Shown here in pieces: positions 1 through 8,119 of a DNA stretch of 27,261 nucleotides (positions are counted from its first letter, which is position 1; every line of letters begins with the position of its first letter). The position numbers and the translations under genes were made by a program. Source of the stretch: a virus (Duplodnaviria > Caudoviricetes). Under the pieces are notes generated by a model that had not been told where the DNA came from, did no database searches, and saw nothing but the letters and a program-made list of their open reading frames with translations. The stretch spans positions 1-27,261 of IMG/VR virus record IMGVR_UViG_3300030376_005837. One strand, written 5' to 3'.

Positions 1-40
1 CTGATTGCTTTATAATTTCTTCTACTGTCATGTTTGTCAT
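1..40 (-). CDS. 5' end of next packaging gene (MTNMTVEEIIKQS...), probably portal; runs off the window
   Basis: ATG at 40 overlaps the terminase TGA (ATGA), GAGG upstream, frame open to the edge. Portal call rests only on position after TerL and absence of a portal elsewhere in the window. Confidence 0.5.
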   Translation of the reverse strand, partial: MTNMTVEEIIKQS

Positions 41-1350
41 CTTGTCCTCACTTTAAATTCTCTTTGTTTAATTGGAAATCTATTTATAAAAAAATATCTT
101 ATCATATCGCAACCATGATCGTGAAACCCATCTTTTACAGGGTCAGATTTTAAATCTGTGCCTTCTTTTTCTTCTGGGTATCGATAATTTTCTAAATCTG
201 TTATAATGCCTTGACATTTATCACTTACATGGAGATGTCTTTCTCCTTGAGCATTTTCTATAAAACCTCTAACATGGCTAACACCAGATGCTATACTTCT
301 TGATGCTTTATCTCTCTTAGTGTTAACAATTATTCCATGTTTTCTAAAAATTTCTATATCTCCTAAGCCTGATTGTCCTTGTGCCTGCATTCCAGCAGGG
401 TCGCCAAAATATTTAAGGACATTGTATCGTTTTGCCTTAATTTTTAAGGCTAGCTCATCTGTTTTAACATTTTTCTGATGTATTATTTCATCAATTATTC
501 TTATGTGCCAAATTCCACCAATTCTATAAACTTGAAACCATCCAACTGCTGGCATTCTGTAGCCAAAATCAATTGAACAAAAAGTAGGCAGGTTAGGATC
601 ATATTTATAATCACCTACATCTAATTCTCTTTCAAAAGGATATACTTTCCCTGCAAATGAAGTAAATGCAGCACCATATTCTTGCTGGTATACTTCTTTA
701 GCCATATTTCTCTTTCTTTCAAGAAGAAATTGGTCTTGTTTGCCTTCAGGGAAGGCATAATGGTTATCCCAAGAGGGAGCTTGGTGAGATTCCCATAATT
801 CATCGCTTTGCCCAAGGAGATATAAGTCATAAATCCAATTAAACCCTTCAGGTGTTGTGATAAAAATAGCCTTCCCTTTTCGGTCAGACAAAGTGGGAGA
901 TAAATACATATCCCATATTTTACTTTTAACTTTGGCAGCCTCATCAACTATTAATAGATCTAATCCCTCTCCAACCAGAGAATCTGGATTGTCTGCTGAT
1001 TTAGCCTCAACTACTGTGTCCCATTTAAAATGTATAAACCTGTCTTTTTCTGAAGCTCTCTTAATGTCATTTGGATGCCCAACTACCATTGTTTTCCAAA
1101 TTTCCCTAAACATTAAATCTGCTTTATCGTAGGATAAGCCAACCAGCCATATCCTTTTGTTGGGTTGAGAAGCATAATATGTTGCTTCCATAGCAGATGC
1201 AGTCGTCTTACCAAACCTTCTCCCACAAACCATGACAAAAAACCTTGCAGTATCTTTTGTAGGGTAATGTAACTTCCTTTGCCCTAAGTGTGGCTTGTAA
1301 TCCATGTAGTCAAACCACTTTTCTTTATAATTTTGTAGTGAATTATTCAA
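37..1350 (-). CDS. terL: Terminase large subunit
   Basis: Walker A CGRRFGKT, Walker B LLIVDEAA, coupling motif ITTPEG, RNase H-like nuclease motifs SIDFGY and HDHGCDMIRY; TTG start. Confidence 0.96.
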   Translation of the reverse strand: MNNSLQNYKEKWFDYMDYKPHLGQRKLHYPTKDTARFFVMVCGRRFGKTTASAMEATYYASQPNKRIWLVGLSYDKADLMFREIWKTMVVGHPNDIKRASEKDRFIHFKWDTVVEAKSADNPDSLVGEGLDLLIVDEAAKVKSKIWDMYLSPTLSDRKGKAIFITTPEGFNWIYDLYLLGQSDELWESHQAPSWDNHYAFPEGKQDQFLLERKRNMAKEVYQQEYGAAFTSFAGKVYPFERELDVGDYKYDPNLPTFCSIDFGYRMPAVGWFQVYRIGGIWHIRIIDEIIHQKNVKTDELALKIKAKRYNVLKYFGDPAGMQAQGQSGLGDIEIFRKHGIIVNTKRDKASRSIASGVSHVRGFIENAQGERHLHVSDKCQGIITDLENYRYPEEKEGTDLKSDPVKDGFHDHGCDMIRYFFINRFPIKQREFKVRTR

Positions 1351-1354
1351 AAAT

Positions 1355-1403
1355 TTGCATTTTTACCTGCTTTTAATTTAAGTTATCTATTAGAATTATG
1401 CAA
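1355..1403. promoter_or_regulatory. Putative overlapping divergent sigma70-like promoters
   Basis: + strand TTGCAT(1355-1360)-18 nt-TAAGTT(1379-1384); - strand TTGCAT(1403-1398)-17 nt-TAAATT(1380-1375); lies in the only divergent intergenic gap. Confidence 0.5.
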
Positions 1404-1447
1404 AATTATGCATTATTCATTTATTTTAATATAAAAAGGAGGACAGT

Positions 1448-1972
1448 ATGTCCGAAGAACAAACACAAGCAAAGACAGAAACAGTTAGTGAAAGTCCTGC
1501 TACAGAAACTGTTCAAGATAGCTCGAATGATCAGTATATTGCAGAAAGCAAGAAGTATAGAAAAAGAGCTCAGGATGCAGAAGCTAAATTAGCTAAATAC
1601 GAAAAAGCCAATACTAAAGCTGAAGAAGAAAGACTTAAAGAAAAAGAAGAATTTAAAACCTTATATGAAAAGGCTTCTTCTAAAATTGAAGGTTTAACTT
1701 CTAATGCTGAAAAATGGTCTAAATATGAAGAAGCAAAAAGAACTTCTTTATTAGAAAATCATCCTGAAGATGAAAGAGAATCTTTATCTAAACTAGACTT
1801 AGAAACTCTTGAGTATGTAACAAGTAAAATTAATAACACAAAAACAAATGCTCCTGAAGTTGTTGGTAATGCCAGGAAATCTGTTCCAGAAAAACCTATA
1901 GATTGGAGTAATAAAGAATCTTTAAAGGAAAACTGGAATAATATTGTAGGGCAGTACAAAAAAAACAACTAA
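1448..1972 (+). CDS. Putative capsid scaffolding protein
   Basis: Acidic disordered N-terminus, E/K coiled coil, directly upstream of the major capsid gene, AGGAGG RBS. Confidence 0.75.
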   Translation: MSEEQTQAKTETVSESPATETVQDSSNDQYIAESKKYRKRAQDAEAKLAKYEKANTKAEEERLKEKEEFKTLYEKASSKIEGLTSNAEKWSKYEEAKRTSLLENHPEDERESLSKLDLETLEYVTSKINNTKTNAPEVVGNARKSVPEKPIDWSNKESLKENWNNIVGQYKKNN

Positions 1973-1973
1973 T

Positions 1974-2040
1974 GGTGCTAAACACCTCTCAAAATGAAGG
2001 CTTCGGCAGTTGAAAGAGAGTAAATTCCTTTAGGAGGGAA
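1974..2040 (+). promoter_or_regulatory. Structured leader of capsid mRNA
   Basis: GGTG/CACC hairpin; CTCTC/GAGAG stem enclosing a C(TTCG)G tetraloop; TTCCTT/AGGGAA hairpin over the RBS. Confidence 0.5.
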
Positions 2041-2044
2041 ATAA

Positions 2045-2986
2045 ATGGCAACAACAACAGGTTTAGCAAATCCTGCTGCATCTCAAGCCTCTGATACAGA
2101 ATTAGCTGTATTTATACCAGAGATTTGGGCTCAAGCAGTGAGAGCTTCATTCAAAAAAAACTTAGTAATGGCAAATGTAGGTACTGACTATTCTAGTTTA
2201 GTAACAGCAGGTGGTGATACAGTAAATATACCATCTGTAGCTGATGTAGCAGATGCAGCTACTAAAGCACCTCATGTTCCTGTAAATTATACTAATGCAA
2301 CAGAAGATTCTATTGCATTGGCATTGACTTCACATAAATATGCTTCAGCAATGGTTGAAGATATGGGTGCAGTACAGGCAAACAGTGATCTACTTTCAAT
2401 GTATTCAGAATCTATTGGCTATAAATTAGCTTTAGGCTTTGAAGTAGAAATAGAAGCAGCACTAGCTTTAACTACTGAGTGTATTAACATTGCAGGCAAT
2501 ACAGTAGCAAAAACTATAGATGCTTTAACTCTAGCACATATTTCAAAAGTTGTGATGGAAAATGATTGTCCTCTTAATGAGTGCACAATGATCTTAAATC
2601 CAACTTTGTATGCTTCATTGTTTAGAATAGATGATTTCATTCACATTTCTAAAACTAACACAGCTAATCTTCAAAATGGCTTAGTTGGTTCAGTTATGGG
2701 TATGGATGTTGTTCTTTCTAATAACATCACATCAACAAATCATAATGATGCTGTTGATTCTGATGATGGTGCATTAACTAATGGCAATGTTCTTGGTGGA
2801 TTCGTAGTTCATAATTCAGCATTAGCATATGGCTTTAGTAAAGCTCCTACAGTAAGCTCAGAATATGACATTGATTATATCGCACACAAATTAGTGGGTG
2901 ATTATATTGGTGGAGCTAAATTAGTTCAAGATGCTTCTCAAACTAAATGTTGGGGAATTGTCGAAGAAGCTACAACTTCTTGGTAG
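2045..2986 (+). CDS. Major capsid protein (HK97 fold, P22-coat/N4-gp56-like)
   Basis: FIPEIWA...KNLVMAN...GDTVNIP N-terminal signature, GLVGSVMGMDVVLSNN motif, 313 aa, follows scaffold. Confidence 0.9.
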   Translation: MATTTGLANPAASQASDTELAVFIPEIWAQAVRASFKKNLVMANVGTDYSSLVTAGGDTVNIPSVADVADAATKAPHVPVNYTNATEDSIALALTSHKYASAMVEDMGAVQANSDLLSMYSESIGYKLALGFEVEIEAALALTTECINIAGNTVAKTIDALTLAHISKVVMENDCPLNECTMILNPTLYASLFRIDDFIHISKTNTANLQNGLVGSVMGMDVVLSNNITSTNHNDAVDSDDGALTNGNVLGGFVVHNSALAYGFSKAPTVSSEYDIDYIAHKLVGDYIGGAKLVQDASQTKCWGIVEEATTSW

Positions 2987-3012
2987 TCAGTCTTAACTGA
3001 TTATCTTAATCT

Positions 3013-3045
3013 TGTAAGGGGAGTATTTATATTACTCCCCTTGCA
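3013..3045 (+). terminator. 13-bp hairpin after capsid gene (terminator, attenuator or mRNA stabiliser)
   Basis: TGTAAGGGGAGTA-7 nt-TACTCCCCTTGCA; no U tract follows. Confidence 0.55.
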
Positions 3046-3061
3046 TAACCATGGAGAATAA

Positions 3062-3253
3062 ATGAAAGATATAAAAGTAAGATTTAAGGGTGGTAAAGCA
3101 CCTTCAGGTAAAAGAACTGGTGCTACTTATACAGTTGGCAAAGCAAGATTAGATGTATGGAAAAAAGATGGTAGATTTGATATGGAAGTTGAAATGCCTA
3201 AAGCTAAAGCAGAACCTAAGAAAGCACCAAAAGCGAAGAAGGAGAAAGAATAA
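3062..3253 (+). CDS. Small basic hypothetical protein
   Basis: GGAG RBS, K/A/P-rich tail, TAATG coupling to the next gene. Confidence 0.75.
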   Translation: MKDIKVRFKGGKAPSGKRTGATYTVGKARLDVWKKDGRFDMEVEMPKAKAEPKKAPKAKKEKE

Positions 3254-3753
3254 TGAGTGAGATAAAAAGAAATCTTAGAAGAGTTGTGAAAGTTCAACCT
3301 ACAGTTGCTGCTGACGATAATGACGATAACCATGTAGCTTTTAACTGGACAGAAATACCAAATGCTTGTTCTGAAAAAGGTGTAGCAACTATGCTTCAAA
3401 GTATAGGAATATTAGATGCAGATGATTCAGGTGCTCCATTAGAACTTATATTCGCAGTAGGTCAGACAGATGGAAGTGCTCCTTCAGCTGGACAAAAATT
3501 AAATCATCCAAGTTCAGTAGTTAATATAACAGCAGCAGAAACACAAGAAGTGCAAATTTGTGGAAGTGTTCAAATGACTTTGACAGAAGGAGATTTACTA
3601 ACTGCACAAATCATAACAAAGACGAATATTGGTCTTATTATGCAACCTCATGCAACTTCTGCTTCTCTCTATGTTGGAGGTGTATGGAGAGGTGATCCTG
3701 CTTCAACAGGTGGAACAGATACTTTAGACATATATTTGGGATTTGAAGACTAA
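3253..3753 (+). CDS. Hypothetical beta-rich virion protein (possible capsid decoration)
   Basis: 166 aa, acidic and G/A/S/T-rich, close to the capsid gene. Confidence 0.55.
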   Translation: MSEIKRNLRRVVKVQPTVAADDNDDNHVAFNWTEIPNACSEKGVATMLQSIGILDADDSGAPLELIFAVGQTDGSAPSAGQKLNHPSSVVNITAAETQEVQICGSVQMTLTEGDLLTAQIITKTNIGLIMQPHATSASLYVGGVWRGDPASTGGTDTLDIYLGFED

Positions 3754-3758
3754 ATAAA

Positions 3759-4169
3759 ATGACTTTATTAAAGAAGATTAAAAAGCACGAAGGTTTCAAA
3801 TCTACTGTTTATAAATGCACCGAAGGTTATGACACAATCGGATATGGCTTTGCTATTAAAGATCTATACTTAGATGAAGATATAGCAGAGCTTATCCTTG
3901 TTAGAAACTTAGCACTTTTAGTTGAGAGAATTAAAAAGACATTTCCTTGGGTAAAAGATGCTCCTACTGAAATACAAGATGTTGTTGTTGATATGTGCTA
4001 TCAATTAGGTGTTAATGGGTTTTCTAAATTCAAAAAAACAATATACTTATTAGAAACAGAACAGTACGAAGAGGCTTCCATCGAGATGCTCGATAGTCTT
4101 TGGGCTAAACAAACCCCAAATCGTGCCAAAGAGCTAAGTCAAGAAGTAAAAGCAGTAGCCTCAAATTAG
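3759..4169 (+). CDS. Phage lysozyme (GH24/T4-lysozyme-like endolysin)
   Basis: HEGFKSTVYKCTEGYDTIGYG (E-x8-C-x5-T catalytic triad), DMCYQLGVNG, SLWAKQTPNRA. Confidence 0.93.
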   Translation: MTLLKKIKKHEGFKSTVYKCTEGYDTIGYGFAIKDLYLDEDIAELILVRNLALLVERIKKTFPWVKDAPTEIQDVVVDMCYQLGVNGFSKFKKTIYLLETEQYEEASIEMLDSLWAKQTPNRAKELSQEVKAVASN

Positions 4170-4220
4170 GAAATTTCCTCCCTTTATACTAAATTAATAT
4201 TAAAAATACAAGGAAAATAT

Positions 4221-5000
4221 ATGGCTTTGAGGGATAAAGGAGTCGTTAAACGAGCAATCGTAACTCCTGATAAACATTTTCCTCTACATGATGTCAAGTC
4301 TATAAATATATTATGTAAGACTATAGAAATAGTTAAACCAGATATATATGTAGATCTTGGAGATGTAGGTGAATGGGAAGCATTTTCGCATTGGAAGTGG
4401 AAGAGAAAGAAGAAACCACCATTAGAATATATATTACCTACCTTAGAAAAAGATGTAAAAGATGTTAATAAAGGTATGGATCAAATAGATGAGGCTTTAG
4501 ATAAAGCTGGATGTGATGAAAAATACATTACAGAAGGTAATCACGACAATTGGCTTAATATGTTTGTTGGTAGTTATCCTTATTTAGATGGATATATGTT
4601 TAAAGATGCAGTAAAACTTGATGAAAGAGGATACACATATTATCCTTTTGGTAGTCATCTTAAAATAGGCAAGTTGTATTTTTATCATGGACACCAGTAT
4701 GGAGGTCAATATCATGCATCAAATCACCTTAGAAAGTTAGGTTGCAATATAATGTATGGACATTGGCATGACTTACAGCAACATTCAGCTACTCATATGG
4801 ATGGAGCTAAATCAGCCTGGAGTATAGGTTGTTTAAAAGATATGTCTACAGAGAAAAATGCTTGGCTTGATAATAGAACTATAAATTGGTCACATGCATT
4901 TGCAATAGTTGATTTTTTTAAAGGTGGTTTATTTACTGTGCATATAATACAAATCATAAATGGCAGAACAAGTTTATGGGGAGAATTGATTGAAGGATGA
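4221..5000 (+). CDS. Calcineurin-like metallophosphoesterase
   Basis: DxH (PDKH), GD (DLGD), GNHD, HGH and GHxH (GHWH) motifs in canonical order. Confidence 0.9.
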   Translation: MALRDKGVVKRAIVTPDKHFPLHDVKSINILCKTIEIVKPDIYVDLGDVGEWEAFSHWKWKRKKKPPLEYILPTLEKDVKDVNKGMDQIDEALDKAGCDEKYITEGNHDNWLNMFVGSYPYLDGYMFKDAVKLDERGYTYYPFGSHLKIGKLYFYHGHQYGGQYHASNHLRKLGCNIMYGHWHDLQQHSATHMDGAKSAWSIGCLKDMSTEKNAWLDNRTINWSHAFAIVDFFKGGLFTVHIIQIINGRTSLWGELIEG

Positions 5001-5641
5001 AAATAGGTGATTTATTATTACTCAAAGGGTATATAAATAAAAAACAACTCAGAGCAGCTTTGAGCAAACAAGCTGATGAGGCTATTAATTATAATAGATC
5101 AGTCCCACTTGGAAAAGTGTTAGTAGAAGAAGGTCATGTAACAGTAGAGGAAGTTGCAGAAGCTTTGAATGACCAACAAATAAATGTAAATATTGAAGAG
5201 GAACAACCAATGGCTCACAAAATAGGCGAGAATACAGCATTTCAGATGGATTTAAAATTCCTTGTTACTATTATGTTTGTAGTAGTTTCAGGAGTTGGTG
5301 TTTATTTTACACTAACAGGTGCAGTAGAAGATAATACTAAAGAAATAAATAATATTAAGTCTATGGGTGACTTAAAGATTATATCTTACAAGTTAGACGA
5401 ATATGATGAAACATTTAAAGATTTAAAAGCATTATCTACTCAACTTACACCTTTAGCTAGTGATTTAACATACATTAAAACAGAATTAGATAAATTAAAA
5501 AACAAGAAAATTAGCATACCTGAAGTTGATTTATCAGGCATTGACGATTGCAAAGATAAGTTAGATGCATTGTCAGCTAAGATAACTACATTTGAGGAAA
5601 GGTTAACTAAGGTAGAAAAAAGCTCAAAAGGAAGATTTTAA
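4997..5641 (+). CDS. Membrane protein: tandem MshEN-like motif + one TM helix + coiled coil
   Basis: KIGDLLLLKGYINKKQLRAALSKQ and PLGKVLVEEGHVTVEEVAEALNDQ; TM FLVTIMFVVVSGVGVYFTL; heptad-rich C-terminus. Confidence 0.75.
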   Translation: MKIGDLLLLKGYINKKQLRAALSKQADEAINYNRSVPLGKVLVEEGHVTVEEVAEALNDQQINVNIEEEQPMAHKIGENTAFQMDLKFLVTIMFVVVSGVGVYFTLTGAVEDNTKEINNIKSMGDLKIISYKLDEYDETFKDLKALSTQLTPLASDLTYIKTELDKLKNKKISIPEVDLSGIDDCKDKLDALSAKITTFEERLTKVEKSSKGRF

Positions 5642-5718
5642 TGGCTTATAAAAAGAAAAATAAAAATAAAAAAAAAGCAAAACCAAAATATAAATCTGTA
5701 AAAAGGAGAAGAAAGTAA
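5641..5718 (+). CDS. 25-aa highly basic peptide MAYKKKNKNKKKAKPKYKSVKRRRK (not in ORF track)
   Basis: TAATG overlaps at both ends, AAGGA upstream, fills the gap exactly. Confidence 0.65.
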   Translation: MAYKKKNKNKKKAKPKYKSVKRRRK

Positions 5719-6788
5719 TGCTTAGTGGAGGATATAAAAATTATATTGCTTATGTGGTTACGACTTGCAGTTTGGTCTTTGGTGGTTTCTTTGATTATTC
5801 GACTCTTTATCTTAGTGGCTCAATGGGCACACCCTATGTAAAAGGCAATCAAATATTAAAAGATGATTATAATTATACAATAGGTTTAAGAAAGATTGCA
5901 TTATTCCCATATCAATCAAGATCACGATTTTATAAAGGTAATGAATCATCATTAGCAGATAAAGCAGTTATAGGTGCAGTAAATGGTTGGGAATATCTAT
6001 TTAAGTATTCAGATGTTAGAAATAGAAACAACGAGTTTAAAGATGCAGAAGTGTGGCTTAAATGGTCAAATGATAAGTATGTAGTTAAAGGCAAATACAC
6101 TAACAAAGAAAGTAGAGATTTAGAGTTTGCAGAACTAGATATTAGATACAGAAAGCACTTTTGGTTTATTGATTTTACAACAGGGTTTACAATTAAAGGG
6201 CATCCAGTATATGGTCATCCAGCATACGATGATTATGAAGACCCTTGGTGGTATCTAGCATATGAGTATGGATATACAGATTACTTAGTACCTCTACATG
6301 ATTTAAATGGAAATGAAGAAATTGATAGTTATTATATTTTTATTGAAACTGACCCAATTACTGAAGAAGGTTATTGGGAAATGTATTATGAGGAAGCTAG
6401 TTATTATTGGGAGAACTCTGACTCCATTGCAGTTGCATATTCTGATTCAGAGTTTTACGAATATCATATGCCAGGTATTATAAACCAATATAATGAAGAC
6501 AATAAAATTAAAGAATACCAAGCAGAATTATATCAAGTTATAGGGTTAGATGTATTAATGGGAACAAGAGATACTAAATTTTATTCACATATTTGGCTTA
6601 ATATATTTCCACAATCTTATGGCTTAACAGATAAATCATACAAAGGAAAAGAAAATCAATATGATATAGGTATGTTATTTGGTATGAGCTTAACAGATAA
6701 AATAGGTCTGTTTTTAGAAGGAACAAAAGCAAGTTTTTATGGTAAAAATGAAGAGTATATCTCTACAGGAGTTAATTGGAGGTTCTAA
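5718..6788 (+). CDS. Putative outer-membrane beta-barrel protein
   Basis: Signal-like N-terminus, amphipathic aromatic strands, C-terminal YISTGVNWRF beta-signal-like end, AGGAG RBS. Confidence 0.6.
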   Translation: MLSGGYKNYIAYVVTTCSLVFGGFFDYSTLYLSGSMGTPYVKGNQILKDDYNYTIGLRKIALFPYQSRSRFYKGNESSLADKAVIGAVNGWEYLFKYSDVRNRNNEFKDAEVWLKWSNDKYVVKGKYTNKESRDLEFAELDIRYRKHFWFIDFTTGFTIKGHPVYGHPAYDDYEDPWWYLAYEYGYTDYLVPLHDLNGNEEIDSYYIFIETDPITEEGYWEMYYEEASYYWENSDSIAVAYSDSEFYEYHMPGIINQYNEDNKIKEYQAELYQVIGLDVLMGTRDTKFYSHIWLNIFPQSYGLTDKSYKGKENQYDIGMLFGMSLTDKIGLFLEGTKASFYGKNEEYISTGVNWRF

Positions 6789-6881
6789 GTGCAGGAAATG
6801 ACAGCATTTTGGTTAGGTTTCTGGGTTGTTTTTTTGGGTGGTTTATTATTATTTTATGCTACTGGAATGATAGGAGAATAA
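6789..6881 (+). CDS. 30-aa single-TM peptide MQEMTAFWLGFWVVFLGGLLLFYATGMIGE (not in ORF track)
   Basis: GGAGG 6 nt before GTG; abuts both neighbours exactly. Confidence 0.65.
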   Translation: MQEMTAFWLGFWVVFLGGLLLFYATGMIGE

Positions 6882-7112
6882 ATGCTACAAGGTATTTTAG
6901 TTAAAAAAGTTTTAGATCTTGTTTTAAAGCAAATCTTTAAACAATTTGATTTAAATAAGATTAACAAGTATGTAGAAGAAGACAATGAGCTTGATGTGCA
7001 AATGAAACAAGCATATAAGCTAATTGATAAACAAGGTAAAACAATAGAAAGCAATGAAAAAGAAATTGCTATTTTAAAAAAAGAAATAAAAAAATTAAAA
7101 AAGGAGAAGTAA
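6882..7112 (+). CDS. Small coiled-coil protein with amphipathic N-terminus
   Basis: AGGAG RBS; heptad C-terminus. Confidence 0.7.
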   Translation: MLQGILVKKVLDLVLKQIFKQFDLNKINKYVEEDNELDVQMKQAYKLIDKQGKTIESNEKEIAILKKEIKKLKKEK

Positions 7113-7262
7113 ATGCTATCAATGCTAACAAGTAACTGGGAATGGTTTTTATTGGCTTTATATGTATTAGAAAAAGGTATTAAGCTAAGTCCATCTAAAA
7201 AAGATGATTTGGTATGGGACATGGTTTTAAAACCTATTGTGGATAAGATTAAAGGAAAGTAA
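7113..7262 (+). CDS. 49-aa putative holin-like membrane protein (not in ORF track)
   Basis: MLSMLTSNWEWFLLALYVLEKGIKLSPSKKDDLVWDMVLKPIVDKIKGK; hydrophobic helix, SPSKKDD turn, basic tail; AGGAG RBS. Confidence 0.55.
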   Translation: MLSMLTSNWEWFLLALYVLEKGIKLSPSKKDDLVWDMVLKPIVDKIKGK

Positions 7263-7955
7263 GTGGCATCAAGAAGAACTGAAATACGAGCAGATAGATT
7301 TGAGTCTAAAAGAAAAAACCCTATAAAATTAGGCGATGATTCTAATATAGACATAAACCTTAAGCCTGTTAAAATAGGCGATAAAAACAGTATTTTAGAG
7401 CTTTCTAATGATGAATTAAGAGTAAGAGGAACTATTGATGCCTCAGCTATAACAGTAGATGGGGCATCTGTTCAAACAGAGGTAGATGCAGGCAAAATTT
7501 TAGGATATACCTGTATTGATGATTATGGTCTGCATTATTTAGAAACATCTTTCACAGTAGAAGATGCAGGACACAAAGTAAGTTTTGTAGTTCCACCAAG
7601 TGGTAATGTAGAAATAGAGTTTACAGGATTTTTTGACAGAGCAAGTACATCTGATGTTACTGTGTATGCAGGTCTAAGTGACAGTTCTACTTATAATTCT
7701 ACTGGAAATACACATGAGTATGATTATAATGGAGTTAAATCAGATGATGAAATAGATGATGAAATAATTACTTTTAAATGGTGTGTGAAAGGATTGGAAA
7801 AAGGGGCATCTATTACTTATTATTTAGGCTTAAAGTCTAGTGATGCTACTGCTGTTCATTTAAAATATGGATATAGATCAGCAAATGGATTAGCTTTTCA
7901 TCCTTTTATAATGAAAGCAACAGCATTACCTTCAACAATTTATGATGGAACTTAG
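7263..7955 (+). CDS. Putative virion fibre/accessory protein
   Basis: GTG start with AAGGA; short beta shaft (LRVRGTIDASAITVDG) followed by a beta-sandwich-like C-terminus. Confidence 0.55.
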   Translation: MASRRTEIRADRFESKRKNPIKLGDDSNIDINLKPVKIGDKNSILELSNDELRVRGTIDASAITVDGASVQTEVDAGKILGYTCIDDYGLHYLETSFTVEDAGHKVSFVVPPSGNVEIEFTGFFDRASTSDVTVYAGLSDSSTYNSTGNTHEYDYNGVKSDDEIDDEIITFKWCVKGLEKGASITYYLGLKSSDATAVHLKYGYRSANGLAFHPFIMKATALPSTIYDGT

Positions 7956-7975
7956 AAATAACAATGGGAGCAAAA

Positions 7976-8119
7976 ATGGAATATGATAAAAAAATAGAAG
8001 AGTTAGAACAACAATTAAAAGGCATTGAAACTGCTTATATAAAGTGCATGGGTACTATAGAATATTTAAAAGCTGAAAAGAAAAAAGCTGAAGAGGGGAA
8101 GAAAGATAAAGGTAAATAA
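7976..8119 (+). CDS. 47-aa coiled-coil protein (not in ORF track)
   Basis: MEYDKKIEELEQQLKGIETAYIKCMGTIEYLK...; GGAG RBS; TAATG overlap with the next gene. Confidence 0.7.
   Translation: MEYDKKIEELEQQLKGIETAYIKCMGTIEYLKAEKKKAEEGKKDKGK

Noticed and set aside
621-1592. ORFs 621..947, 857..1132 and 1398..1592
   Set aside because: Shadow or antisense frames of terL and scaffold, without clear RBS or motifs
6854-7354. 166-aa minus-strand ORF
   Set aside because: Antisense to coupled + strand genes with good RBSs; F/L/S-rich mirror of K/E codons
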